From: Paracoccaceae bacterium | GTDB lineage: Bacteria; Pseudomonadota; Alphaproteobacteria; Rhodobacterales; Rhodobacteraceae | NCBI GenBank assembly: GCA_902525915.1 | Contig: CABZJF010000005.1 | Span: 25,713 to 89,712 of the forward strand | Length of the DNA stretch: 64,000 bases | Direction of reading: 5' to 3' | Shown: piece by piece, positions 45,125-55,099 of the stretch | How positions within the stretch are numbered: position 1 is the first letter of the stretch | Layout: every line of letters starts with the position of its first letter | The notes under the pieces: generated by a model | What the model saw: only the letters and a program-made list of their open reading frames with translations | What the model was told of the DNA's origin: nothing | Databases searched by the model: none | Translations under genes and position numbers: made by a program

Positions 45125-46612
45125 ATGAAGTATCATTTTAAATTATTACTATCCGCTGGGGTTCTAGCAACATCATTAGGTATTCAAGGCGCACATGCAG
45201 CTAAAACTAGCATGACAATTGCGTTGCAGCTCGAACCCCCTCATTTGGATCCAACGAGTGCCGCAGCCGGTGCCATAGACAGTGTGCTTTACTCAAATGT
45301 ATTCGAGGGTTTAACTCGATTTGCTTCGGATGGAGCAGTAATTCCTGGGTTAGCTAAATCATGGGAAATATCTGAGGACGGGACAGAATATATATTTCAC
45401 TTAAATTCTGCTGTGACCTTCCATGATGGTTCAATAATGGATGCAAACGATGTTAAGTTTTCGTTAGATAGAGCAAGAGCAGAAGATAGCACAAACGCTC
45501 AAAAGGCCTTATTTTCTGGTATCAAAAATGTTGAAGTTTTGGCAAGCGATAAAGTCAAGGTAACTTTAACTTCTCCGAATGGTAGTTTTCTATTTAATAT
45601 GGCTTGGGGGGATGCAGTTATTGTTGCGCCCGAAACGATAGACGACATAAAAACTAATCCAGTAGGAACAGGCGCATTTAAATTCTCTAACTGGGTTCAA
45701 GGCGATAAAATTGAACTACTAAGGAACGAGGAATATTGGGGCAAGCCTGCTCATCTAGAGACTGCAACCTTCAAATTTATTTCAGATCCAAGTGCTGCTT
45801 TCTCTGCGATGATGGCACAAGATATTGACGCATTTGCGGGATTTCCAGCTCCTGAAAATTTAGCGCAATTCGAATCAGACAGCCGGTTTCAGGTCTTGGT
45901 TGGAAATACCGAAGGTGAAACTATTTTGTCGACAAATAACAAAATGCCACCTTTGGACAATGTAAAAGTCAGAAAAGCTATCGCACACGCAATAGACAGG
46001 CAGGCAATTATAGATGGTGCAATGTTTGGTTATGGCACCCCAATTGGCACCCACTTCGCACCACACCATCCAGACTATGTGGACCTAAAGGCAAACTCAA
46101 ACTATGATCCTGAACTTGCAAAAAAACTTTTATCTGAAGCCGGATTTAGCGAGGGTTTCACAACAACTTTGAAACTACCACCCCCATCTTATGCGAGACG
46201 CGGCGGTGAAATAATTGCGTCGCAATTAAGAGCCGTAGGAATCGAGACAGAAATTTCAAATTTAGAATGGGCTCAATGGTTAGAAGAAGTCTTTAGAGGC
46301 AAAGACTATGGTTTGACAATTGTAAGCCATACAGAACCAATGGATATAGGGATATACGCCCGGCCCGAATACTATTTTCAGTATGATAGTTCTGAATTTC
46401 AAGCGGTGATAAAGGCGCTCAATGTTGAAAGTAACCCACAAAAGCGAAGTGACCTTTTAAGGAAAGCCCAACGAATTATTTCAGAAGATTATGTTAATGG
46501 GTATCTTTTCGAGTTGGCTTTTCCAACAGTAGCAAATGCCAAAATTATGGGCCTTTGGGAAAACGCTCCAACCCAAGCAACTGATCTAACAGACGTTAAA
46601 TGGGCTGACTAA
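45125..46612 (+). CDS. Peptide/nickel-type (family 5) ABC substrate-binding protein
   Basis: Signal peptide; LEPPHLDPT, PGLA.SW, FHDG, PVGTG.FK, VRKAIAHAIDR. Confidence 0.93.
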   Translation: MKYHFKLLLSAGVLATSLGIQGAHAAKTSMTIALQLEPPHLDPTSAAAGAIDSVLYSNVFEGLTRFASDGAVIPGLAKSWEISEDGTEYIFHLNSAVTFHDGSIMDANDVKFSLDRARAEDSTNAQKALFSGIKNVEVLASDKVKVTLTSPNGSFLFNMAWGDAVIVAPETIDDIKTNPVGTGAFKFSNWVQGDKIELLRNEEYWGKPAHLETATFKFISDPSAAFSAMMAQDIDAFAGFPAPENLAQFESDSRFQVLVGNTEGETILSTNNKMPPLDNVKVRKAIAHAIDRQAIIDGAMFGYGTPIGTHFAPHHPDYVDLKANSNYDPELAKKLLSEAGFSEGFTTTLKLPPPSYARRGGEIIASQLRAVGIETEISNLEWAQWLEEVFRGKDYGLTIVSHTEPMDIGIYARPEYYFQYDSSEFQAVIKALNVESNPQKRSDLLRKAQRIISEDYVNGYLFELAFPTVANAKIMGLWENAPTQATDLTDVKWAD

Positions 46613-46624
46613 TTGTTCAACTGC

Positions 46625-46652
46625 TATGTCCCCCATTATTTTGGGGGACATA
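46625..46652 (+). terminator. Intercistronic stem-loop after the SBP gene (mRNA stabiliser or partial terminator)
   Basis: Perfect 11-bp stem TATGTCCCCCA-TTATTT-TGGGGGACATA; no clear U-tract. Confidence 0.65.
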
Positions 46653-46669
46653 ATTAAACTGGCAAATTT

Positions 46670-47620
46670 ATGATTAAATATTTTTTCAGACGCCTATTTA
46701 CGTTTGTATTGAGTCTTGCCTTAGCATCCATTGTTATTTTTTCCCTGGTAGAAATTGCGCCCGGTGATCCGGCGAGCTTTATGCTTGGTATTAATGCGCA
46801 ACCAGATACAATTGCAGCGCTTCGATCTGAACTGGGGTTGGATCAACCCAAAATAAATAGATATTTCGATTGGATAGGTGGAATGCTTACAGGAGATTTT
46901 GGTATCTCATACACATATAGAACAAACGTTACAGAAATGGTTGGAGACCGTTTATGGGTTTCACTTCCTTTGGCACTTTATGCACTTTTTTTATCCACGG
47001 TAATTGCTATACCCACCGGAATATATGCCGCTGCAAAAAGAGGAAAAACCGGCGATTTTGCTGTTATAAGTGCAACTCAACTTGGAATTGCAATTCCAAA
47101 CTTCTGGTTTGCAATAATTTTAGTTGGAATATTCGCAATCAAACTGCAATGGTTTTCTGCAGGAGGGTTCTCAGGTTGGAAGGATGGTCTCTTTAACGGA
47201 ATTACCTCGCTTACCCTTCCCGCAATTGCTCTTGCGCTGCCTCAAGCTGCCATTTTGTCTCGTGTCATGCGAAGTGCTCTAATTGAGACGCTTGGAGAAG
47301 ATTACATTCGCACTGCTCGCGCTAAAGGCCTAAGTTCATCGCAAACGATCTGGACACATGCACTTCGCAATGCTTTAATTCCAGTGCTTACAATAATTGG
47401 GCTTCAATTCTCTTTTTTACTGGCAGGCGCAATAATTATTGAACAAGTATTTTATCTTCCAGGTTTGGGACGTCTCGTATTTCAAGCAATAACCCAAAGA
47501 GACTTAATCGTTGTAGAAAGTGTTGTTATGCTTCTTGTTTTTGCAGTGATACTGGTCAATTTTATCGTGGATATCACTTACATGTTAGTCGACCCAAGGT
47601 TACGACAGGACAGTATATGA
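46670..47620 (+). CDS. ABC permease (DppB-like)
   Basis: PGDPA, GDFG.S, EDYIRTARAKGL, HALRNA. Confidence 0.93.
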   Translation: MIKYFFRRLFTFVLSLALASIVIFSLVEIAPGDPASFMLGINAQPDTIAALRSELGLDQPKINRYFDWIGGMLTGDFGISYTYRTNVTEMVGDRLWVSLPLALYALFLSTVIAIPTGIYAAAKRGKTGDFAVISATQLGIAIPNFWFAIILVGIFAIKLQWFSAGGFSGWKDGLFNGITSLTLPAIALALPQAAILSRVMRSALIETLGEDYIRTARAKGLSSSQTIWTHALRNALIPVLTIIGLQFSFLLAGAIIIEQVFYLPGLGRLVFQAITQRDLIVVESVVMLLVFAVILVNFIVDITYMLVDPRLRQDSI

Positions 47621-48444
47621 TACGACTAAGCACAAGCTTACAATTTGGTATTTTATTGTGCTTGATACCAATGATTATGGCTACTATTTCTTTTTTTTGG
47701 CAGCCATTCGATGTCACCGAACTAAATATATCAAACCGATTACAGCCTGTAAGTCTAACCCACCCATTTGGTACAGATCACTTTGGTCGGGATATGCTGT
47801 CAATGATAATGGTGGGAGCCCAAACATCAATTGCTGTAGCTTTTGTCGCGGTTGGGATTGGGCTGCTCTTTGGTGTCCCACTAGGACTATTCGCCGCAAA
47901 CTGGAGGGGCGGTTTCATAGACGATGGCATAATGCGATTTAACGATTTGGTATTTGCATTTCCAAGTTTAGTAATCGCCATTCTCATTACTGCGATTGCT
48001 GGGCCAAGTGCATTCAATGCCATAGTTGCTATAGGAATTTTCAATATCCCAGTTTTTGCCCGTATTTCTAGGGGGGCTGCCTTATCTCTATGGCAACGTG
48101 AATTTATTTTATCTGCACAGGTTGCAGGAAAAACTGGTTTGCGAATTTCGACCGAACACGTCCTGCCCAATTTGATGCATATATTGATAGTACAAGCAAC
48201 TATTCAATTTTCACTCGGCATTCTTGCAGAGGCTGGACTAAGTTACATAGGCTTGGGAGCACAACCTCCCACGCCGAGTTGGGGCAGAATGCTGGCAGAT
48301 GCACAAACAATGGTTTCTTTGGCGCCAAGATTAGCAATTGTACCAGGAGTAGCGATTATTATAACAGTTTTAGGTTTAAATCTTTTAGGAGATGGACTGC
48401 GTGACGCGCTTGATCCCAAGCTTAGAGGAAGCATGAAGAAATGA
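47617..48444 (+). CDS. ABC permease (DppC-like)
   Basis: HPFGTD.FGRD, HVLPN, GLG.QPPTPSWG, GDGLRD.LDP. Confidence 0.93.
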   Translation: MIRLSTSLQFGILLCLIPMIMATISFFWQPFDVTELNISNRLQPVSLTHPFGTDHFGRDMLSMIMVGAQTSIAVAFVAVGIGLLFGVPLGLFAANWRGGFIDDGIMRFNDLVFAFPSLVIAILITAIAGPSAFNAIVAIGIFNIPVFARISRGAALSLWQREFILSAQVAGKTGLRISTEHVLPNLMHILIVQATIQFSLGILAEAGLSYIGLGAQPPTPSWGRMLADAQTMVSLAPRLAIVPGVAIIITVLGLNLLGDGLRDALDPKLRGSMKK

Positions 48445-50024
48445 CGCTTCTTTCGGTAAGAAATCTTTCTGTTGCAATTCACGAGAAATCGATCGTCAAA
48501 GATATTTCCTTTAATCTTGGTGCTGGTGAAATTCTGGCTCTAACTGGTGAGAGTGGGTCTGGTAAATCAATTTCTGCATTGGCCCTAATGGGTCTCTTAC
48601 CCCTCGGCTCAAAAAAAGGGGGTATAATTAATTTTGACGGAAAGGACCTTAATAAAATATCAGAAAACAAGTTTTGTAAGCTCAGGGGAAAAAAGATAAG
48701 TATGGTTTTTCAAGAACCAATGACAGCTCTAAATCCTTTGAAAAATATTGGAAGGCAAATTTCTGAAACATTAGTTCAACATAAAGCCTGTGCTCCACGC
48801 GAATTAAAGAATCGAGTTCGAAATACAATGGACCGGGTTGGATTAAGCGGTATAGACCCGTCACGTTTCCCTCATCAACTATCGGGGGGCCAACGTCAGC
48901 GTGTAGTCATTGCTATGGCTGTTTGTTTGGAACCAAGCATTTTAATTGCAGATGAGCCAACAACTGCTTTAGATGTAACAACACAGGCGAAAATCCTAGA
49001 ACTTCTAAAAAAATTTGCTGAACAAGATGGTATTAGCATTATTCTAATCACACATGATTTGGCGATAGTTGCAAATATTGCTAATTACTTAATTCTTATG
49101 AAAGAGGGCATTCTAGTAGATCAGGGAGAACCAAAAAAGGTTTTTAGAGACCTTGCACACCCATATACAAAAAAATTATTTTCAGCCTCCAGCCAAAAAT
49201 TGATTTTAAAAGAAAATGAGATTTCCGAAGGAAAGCTACTAGAAGTAAATTCAGTATCGGTTAACTATAAATCTCACAATAAGGGAATTTTTTCAAAAGG
49301 TACATCTATCGAGGCGGTGAGCGATGTCTCATTCGATATCAAAAGAGGTGAGCGCCTAGGGTTAGTTGGGGAATCTGGCAGCGGAAAATCTACCCTAACA
49401 AGAACCATTTTGGGTTTGCAATCAACCAGCTCTGGCTACATAAAATTTGAAGGGAAAAAAATTTCTAAAGACAACAGAAGTTTTAAAAAAAATATACAGG
49501 TAGTTTTTCAGGACCCTTACGGTTCTTTCAATCCTAGGCACAAAGTCGAACGTTTAATTGCAGAACCCTTTTTTGCATTAGGTAAAGAAGCTCCTCATGA
49601 AACCGAGCAAAAAAGTATCGTGAAGGAAATGCTCGAAGAAGTTGGATTACCCTTAAACAGTACCGAAAAGTATATTCATGAATTCTCAGGCGGTCAGAGA
49701 CAGCGCATAGCGATAGCCAGGGCACTTGTGATTAAACCGAAACTTATAATTTTTGATGAAGCTGTATCGGCGCTTGATTTATCAATTCGAAACCAAATTC
49801 TTAAACTTATTTCAGATTTAACGGAACGTCATGGGCTATCATATTTGTTTATCAGTCATGACCTTACAGTAATCGAAAATATCACTGAGAAATGTTTAGT
49901 TATGAAAAATGGAAAAATTGTCGAACAAGGACAAACTAAGCAAATTTTAAACGATCCAAGAAATGAGTATACTCATTCACTTATTGATGCTGCACCAAAG
50001 TTTCCTGAATTTGGTCATGCTTAA
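48441..50024 (+). CDS. Fused double ABC ATPase (DppD/F-like)
   Basis: Two GESGSGKS Walker A motifs and two SGGQRQR signatures. Confidence 0.94.
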   Translation: MTLLSVRNLSVAIHEKSIVKDISFNLGAGEILALTGESGSGKSISALALMGLLPLGSKKGGIINFDGKDLNKISENKFCKLRGKKISMVFQEPMTALNPLKNIGRQISETLVQHKACAPRELKNRVRNTMDRVGLSGIDPSRFPHQLSGGQRQRVVIAMAVCLEPSILIADEPTTALDVTTQAKILELLKKFAEQDGISIILITHDLAIVANIANYLILMKEGILVDQGEPKKVFRDLAHPYTKKLFSASSQKLILKENEISEGKLLEVNSVSVNYKSHNKGIFSKGTSIEAVSDVSFDIKRGERLGLVGESGSGKSTLTRTILGLQSTSSGYIKFEGKKISKDNRSFKKNIQVVFQDPYGSFNPRHKVERLIAEPFFALGKEAPHETEQKSIVKEMLEEVGLPLNSTEKYIHEFSGGQRQRIAIARALVIKPKLIIFDEAVSALDLSIRNQILKLISDLTERHGLSYLFISHDLTVIENITEKCLVMKNGKIVEQGQTKQILNDPRNEYTHSLIDAAPKFPEFGHA

Positions 50025-50039
50025 TTAAAGGAATATATT

Positions 50040-51476
50040 ATGACAGTAGATTTTCCGAATAAGCACTTTTTAATAAATGGTGAGTGGGTCTGCTCAAATA
50101 CAGAAATAGACCTTATCAATCCATCAACAGGGGATGTTATTGCCCAAGTTTCTGAGGCAAATAATGAGCATGTAAATGATGCGGTTGGCGTAGCAAAAGA
50201 CACCCTTGAGAATACATGGAAAAATATAACTGCTCGAGAAAGGAGTACTCTTTTAAGTACACTTGGGCGCTTAATAGAAGAAAACTATGACGTACTCGCC
50301 AGCCTAGAGGCCACAGATGTTGGTAAGCCGCTCCAGCAAGCAAAAGCAGACGTAAAGGCTCTAGCTCGATATATGGAATTTTATGCAGGTGCGGCGGATA
50401 AACTGCATGGTGATACAATCCCATACCTAAAAGATTATACAGTTTATACTTTACGAGAACCTCATGGCGTATGCGCGCATATAATCCCCTGGAACTACCC
50501 AATGCAAATAATTGGCAGATCTGTAGGAGCAGCACTTGCAACTGGAAACACCTGTATCCTTAAACCGGCTGAAGAAGCCTGCTTAACTGCATTAGCATTT
50601 GGCGCATTAACAAAAAAAGCTGGCTTCCCCGATGGGGTTTTAAATATTGTAACAGGTTCAGGAAAGACTGGGGCAAGCCTAAGCCAACACAGCGATATCG
50701 ATCATATTAGCTTCACTGGATCTGTATCAACAGGCATCAAAATTCAACAATCCGCTGCACAAAATGTTATCCCTGTTACTCTAGAACTTGGAGGAAAATC
50801 TCCGCAAATTGTCTTTGCTGATGCAGACCTAGATGCAGCATTACCTTTTTTAGTTAATGCAGGAGTACAGAACGCTGGGCAAACCTGCTCAGCTTCAAGC
50901 CGCATCCTAGTCCAAAAGGAAGTTTATCCAAAAGTTGTATCAATGATGGCCAAGCAGTATGAGATGCTTTTGGTTGGATCTGCCATGGATGATTTAGACG
51001 TTGGACCTCTAATATCGAAAAAACAACATAAAATCGTTTCAAACTACATTCAACAAGGTAAAGATTTAGAGTTAGTAGCAACAGGCAAATACAAAGAAGA
51101 AATAAATAATGGTGGGTTTTATTGCTTACCTCATCTTTTTGTAGACGTTCCCGCCGACCACAGTTTAGCGCAAAATGAAATATTCGGACCAGTTCAAATT
51201 ATTATGCCTTTCGACGATGAAGACCACGCGGTCGAGATTGCAAATGGGACTGGTTTTGGGCTGGTGGCGTCAGTCTGGACACAAGATGGATCAAAACAAA
51301 TGCGAATGGCTAAACGCCTAAAATCTGGTCAAGTTTTCATAAACAACTATGGAGCAGGTGGTGGAGTTGAACTTCCATTCGGTGGGCGTGGCTTATCTGG
51401 CCATGGACGTGAAAAGGGTTTTGAGGCAATGTTTGGTTTTACAACAATCAAAACGGTAGCTCATTACCATGGTTAG
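50040..51476 (+). CDS. NAD-dependent aldehyde dehydrogenase
   Basis: IIPWNYP, FTGS, LELGGKSP, NAGQTCSA, EIFGPV. Confidence 0.94.
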   Translation: MTVDFPNKHFLINGEWVCSNTEIDLINPSTGDVIAQVSEANNEHVNDAVGVAKDTLENTWKNITARERSTLLSTLGRLIEENYDVLASLEATDVGKPLQQAKADVKALARYMEFYAGAADKLHGDTIPYLKDYTVYTLREPHGVCAHIIPWNYPMQIIGRSVGAALATGNTCILKPAEEACLTALAFGALTKKAGFPDGVLNIVTGSGKTGASLSQHSDIDHISFTGSVSTGIKIQQSAAQNVIPVTLELGGKSPQIVFADADLDAALPFLVNAGVQNAGQTCSASSRILVQKEVYPKVVSMMAKQYEMLLVGSAMDDLDVGPLISKKQHKIVSNYIQQGKDLELVATGKYKEEINNGGFYCLPHLFVDVPADHSLAQNEIFGPVQIIMPFDDEDHAVEIANGTGFGLVASVWTQDGSKQMRMAKRLKSGQVFINNYGAGGGVELPFGGRGLSGHGREKGFEAMFGFTTIKTVAHYHG

Positions 51477-51485
51477 GAAGTCTTT

Positions 51486-52232
51486 ATGAGATTAAACGGC
51501 AAAAGAGCAATAGTTACTGGGGCTGCTTCTGGATTTGGTGCTGGCATCGCTAAAAAATTTATTGAAGAGGGCGCTGAGGTAATTATTGCGGATCTAAATG
51601 AGAAAATGGCACGAAAAGTTGCTATAGATCTTGGTGAACGCGCTTATCCATTTTTGGTTGACGTTTCAAAAAGTAAATCCGTAGAAAAGTTGAAAGATTT
51701 TTCATTATCGCACTTTGGCATACCCGACATTATCGTAAACAATGCAGGAATAACACATACCCCTGACGCCTTGGAAAATATTTCAGAAGATGACTTTGAT
51801 AAAATATTTTTTGTTAATTGTAAGTCGGTTTACCTAATGGCTCAGCTATTTGTACCAGAAATGAAAAAACAAAAATCTGGAGTTTTTCTAAATGTTGCAT
51901 CCACTGCAGGCGTTTCCCCTCGACCAAATTTAAATTGGTATAATGCATCTAAAGGATGGATGAACACTGCAACGAAAACTATGGCTATCGAACTCGCCCT
52001 CCACGGTATAAGAGTCAATGCAATTAACCCAGTAGCGGGCGAAACCCCGCTATTAGCCACCTTCATGGGCGAAGATACCCCAATGATACGATCTAAATTT
52101 CTATCAACCATACCCCTTGGAAGATTTTCAACTCCAGAAGACATGGGAAATGCCGCCTGTTTCCTTTGCTCTGATGAAGCATCAATGATAACTGGCGTAT
52201 GCCTTGAGGTTGATGGAGGACGCTGTATATGA
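51486..52232 (+). CDS. Short-chain dehydrogenase/reductase
   Basis: TGAASGFG, NNAG, YNASK. Confidence 0.92.
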   Translation: MRLNGKRAIVTGAASGFGAGIAKKFIEEGAEVIIADLNEKMARKVAIDLGERAYPFLVDVSKSKSVEKLKDFSLSHFGIPDIIVNNAGITHTPDALENISEDDFDKIFFVNCKSVYLMAQLFVPEMKKQKSGVFLNVASTAGVSPRPNLNWYNASKGWMNTATKTMAIELALHGIRVNAINPVAGETPLLATFMGEDTPMIRSKFLSTIPLGRFSTPEDMGNAACFLCSDEASMITGVCLEVDGGRCI

Positions 52233-53242
52233 CCTTGAAACCAGGCTCTAAAAATTTAATTACTGACGTGCCGGGATTAAATGTTGGAAATGCAGAGGAT
52301 CATATCCTGAAATCAGGCGTTAGCGTTTTGACAAGTTCAAATCCAATGGCAGCTTCATATTGTGTTATGGGTGGTGCACCCGGTACCCGAGAAACTGATT
52401 TGCTAGAGCCGGACAAAACAGTACATGGAATTGATGCTATTGTTCTTTCGGGAGGGTCTGCCTTTGGCTTGGACGCTACAAATGGTGTGGTAGAATATTT
52501 ACGTGAACAAGGTAAAGGCTTTGCAATGGGCCCTTTCAATGTACCAATTGTTCCTACAGCAATTATTTTTGATTTACGAAACGGCGGAGATAAAACTTGG
52601 CATAAAAATCCATATCCAGCACTGGGGAGACAAGCAATTGAAAATGCGTCAGAAAACTTTCAGTTAGGAAGCCATGGGGCGGGCTTTGGTGCAACAACCG
52701 GACAAGTAAAAGGTGGATTAGGATCAGCCTCTTCTATACTGAGTAATGGAGTAATAGTTGGCGCGTTAGTCATCGTTAACGCAATGGGAAATGTTATTGA
52801 CCCAGTTTCTGGCAAGTTTTGGGCCGCGCCTTTCGAACTTGAAAATGAGTTCGGCGGGTATGGGGCTCCTGGGGATGCTATTTACGGCTCTGCACTCAAA
52901 TATAGCAAGATTAATTCAATTAAAGAGGGAGCTAATTCAACAATAGGCATCGTTGCCACCAATGCAACAATTACAAAGTCTGAAGCAAAGCGTGTTGCGA
53001 CGTGTGCGCATGATGGCCTTTCTAGAGCCATTGTACCATCTCACTTACCGTACGATGGCGACTTGATCTTTTCTGTAAGTACCGGAGAGCTAAATATAAT
53101 ATTTTCAAACGAAGAATTTGCAGAGCTATGCCATTTATCAAGTGTCACAATGTCTCGTGCTATTGCTAGAGCTGTTTATCATGCTTCTTCAAATGAAAAC
53201 GATGCTATGAAGTGTTTTCAGGATAAGTATGAATCGATCTAA
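52229..53242 (+). CDS. P1/S58-family (DmpA/NylC-like) Ntn hydrolase
   Basis: ITDVPG..VG, GGAPGTRETDLL, LSGGSAFGL, KGGLGSAS, NSTIG.VATNA, H.PYDGD. Confidence 0.9.
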   Translation: MTLKPGSKNLITDVPGLNVGNAEDHILKSGVSVLTSSNPMAASYCVMGGAPGTRETDLLEPDKTVHGIDAIVLSGGSAFGLDATNGVVEYLREQGKGFAMGPFNVPIVPTAIIFDLRNGGDKTWHKNPYPALGRQAIENASENFQLGSHGAGFGATTGQVKGGLGSASSILSNGVIVGALVIVNAMGNVIDPVSGKFWAAPFELENEFGGYGAPGDAIYGSALKYSKINSIKEGANSTIGIVATNATITKSEAKRVATCAHDGLSRAIVPSHLPYDGDLIFSVSTGELNIIFSNEEFAELCHLSSVTMSRAIARAVYHASSNENDAMKCFQDKYESI

Positions 53243-55098
53243 CTATCATTGAAATGATTATAGATACGCTCCGCCAGACCAGATGATATACCATCGACTG
53301 ACTTTAGATCAGATAAGTGCGCACTCTTAATGCGCTTGGATGAACCAAAGTGATCAAGAAGAGCTCTTTTGCGGGAAGCACCAACGCCTGGTATATCGTC
53401 TAATGGATTAGCAGAAATTGTTTTTGACCTTTTTGATCTATGGGTCCCAATAACAAAATTATGAGCTTCGTCCCGCATCCTTTGTATAAAATATAGAACT
53501 GGATCATTTTTTCCTAATGCAAAAGCAGGCCGATTGAGCATATAAAATTCTTCTTTTCCATGGTTGCGATCTACACCTTTGGCGACACCTACCATAGCCA
53601 CACCCTCAATACCAAGGTCCGCCAAAACTTTCCCAACTGCACTGACTTGCCCTGCTCCACCGTCAATAATTATTAAGTCTGGCCACATACCAAGGCCTCT
53701 ATCAGGATCCTCTTTACTTAATCGTCTTATCCGTCTTTCGAGGACCTCTCGCATCATTCCAAAATCATCACCAGGAACAAGATTTTCATTTTTGAAATTA
53801 AACTTTCGATATTGGTTTTTCATAAACCCATCTGGGCCAACAACAACCATCGCGCCGACCGCATGCGCACCCTGTATATGCGAATTATCAAAGACTTCTA
53901 TCCGTCTTGGCGTTGAACTTAACTCAAAAACTTTTGCTAAATCTTTAAGAAGTTTAGTTTGGGTAGCCGTTTCGGCCATTTTTCTATTTAAGCTACCAAC
54001 CGCATTACGAAGGGCACCACTAACTAGCTCCAACCTCTCCCCTCTTTGAGGAACAGATACCTCAACTTTACGACTTAATCTCTCCGATAGTAAATCTGTA
54101 ATTAAATCGGAGTTTTCTGGCTCGTGAGATAGAATTAGTAATCTTGCAGGTTCCTTGGAATTATAAAACTGACCAATAAAACCTTCCATAATTTCCGCAT
54201 TAGACATGTCCTCAGATATCTTTGGGTAAAAATCACTATTACCCCAATTTTGATGCGCTCTTATAAAAAATACTTGGACACACGCATGACCCTTATCTAC
54301 ATGTAGGGCAATAACGTCAGCCTCTTTTATAGAGCGAGGATTAATCCCTTGTCTGGTTTGCACCTGGGTTAAAGCGCCTATTCGGTCTCTAATAGAAGCC
54401 GCCTTTTCAAACTCCATTTGATCTGATGCTCGCTTCATTTCTTTTGCCAGATTTTCCTGAATATTGGTTGTTTTACCCGAAAGAAAATTTTGAGCATCTT
54501 TAACGCTTTTGAAATATTCCTGTTCAGAGATACGCCCCACGCACGGCGCCGAACAGCGTTTAATCTGATACTGAAGACAGGGTCTTGTACGATTACTAAA
54601 AATACTGTCTGAACAATTCCTTAGCATGAACACCTTTTGCAACTGGTTTAAAGTTCGATTTACCGCACTTGCACTCGCGAAAGGACCAAAATAAGATCCT
54701 TTTTCTTTTTTATTGCCCCGATGCTTTTTTAATTGTGGGAAGCTATGCTCCCTGGATACCAAAATATTCGGAAACGACTTGTCATCTCGCAATAAAACAT
54801 TGTAGCGTGGTTTTAATTGTTTGATAAGGTTTTGCTCTAAAAGCAGTGCCTCCGTTTCGGTACTGGTTGTCAAAAACATCATAGACGCAGTTTCTGAAAT
54901 CATGCGTGCGATTCTAGATGAGTGACTCGGTGAAGGTCGTGAGTAGCTTGAAACTCGGTTTCGTAGTTTACGGGCTTTTCCAACATACAGTACTCTGTTT
55001 TGTTCATCAAGCATTCGATAAACCCCTGGCGAGTTATCCAGAGCGGTTAAGTAAGAGTGTATCAACTCATAACCTGAATTTTTACTTGAAGGCTTCAT
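53239..55098 (-). CDS. uvrC: Excinuclease ABC subunit C
   Basis: GIY-YIG PGVYRM...LYVGKA, RIE.FDNSH, IDGG.GQ, RDEAH, HhH IPGVG. Confidence 0.97.
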   Translation of the reverse strand: MKPSSKNSGYELIHSYLTALDNSPGVYRMLDEQNRVLYVGKARKLRNRVSSYSRPSPSHSSRIARMISETASMMFLTTSTETEALLLEQNLIKQLKPRYNVLLRDDKSFPNILVSREHSFPQLKKHRGNKKEKGSYFGPFASASAVNRTLNQLQKVFMLRNCSDSIFSNRTRPCLQYQIKRCSAPCVGRISEQEYFKSVKDAQNFLSGKTTNIQENLAKEMKRASDQMEFEKAASIRDRIGALTQVQTRQGINPRSIKEADVIALHVDKGHACVQVFFIRAHQNWGNSDFYPKISEDMSNAEIMEGFIGQFYNSKEPARLLILSHEPENSDLITDLLSERLSRKVEVSVPQRGERLELVSGALRNAVGSLNRKMAETATQTKLLKDLAKVFELSSTPRRIEVFDNSHIQGAHAVGAMVVVGPDGFMKNQYRKFNFKNENLVPGDDFGMMREVLERRIRRLSKEDPDRGLGMWPDLIIIDGGAGQVSAVGKVLADLGIEGVAMVGVAKGVDRNHGKEEFYMLNRPAFALGKNDPVLYFIQRMRDEAHNFVIGTHRSKRSKTISANPLDDIPGVGASRKRALLDHFGSSKRIKSAHLSDLKSVDGISSGLAERIYNHFNDS

Positions 55099-55099
55099 T

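Noticed and set aside
53564-54049. Longer antisense or nested ORFs in the track (e.g. 53564-54049, 35395-35817, 25744-26166, 15161-15562, 50137-50541, 47778-48170)
   Set aside because: They shadow well-supported genes and have no recognisable motifs; expected by chance opposite coding sequence
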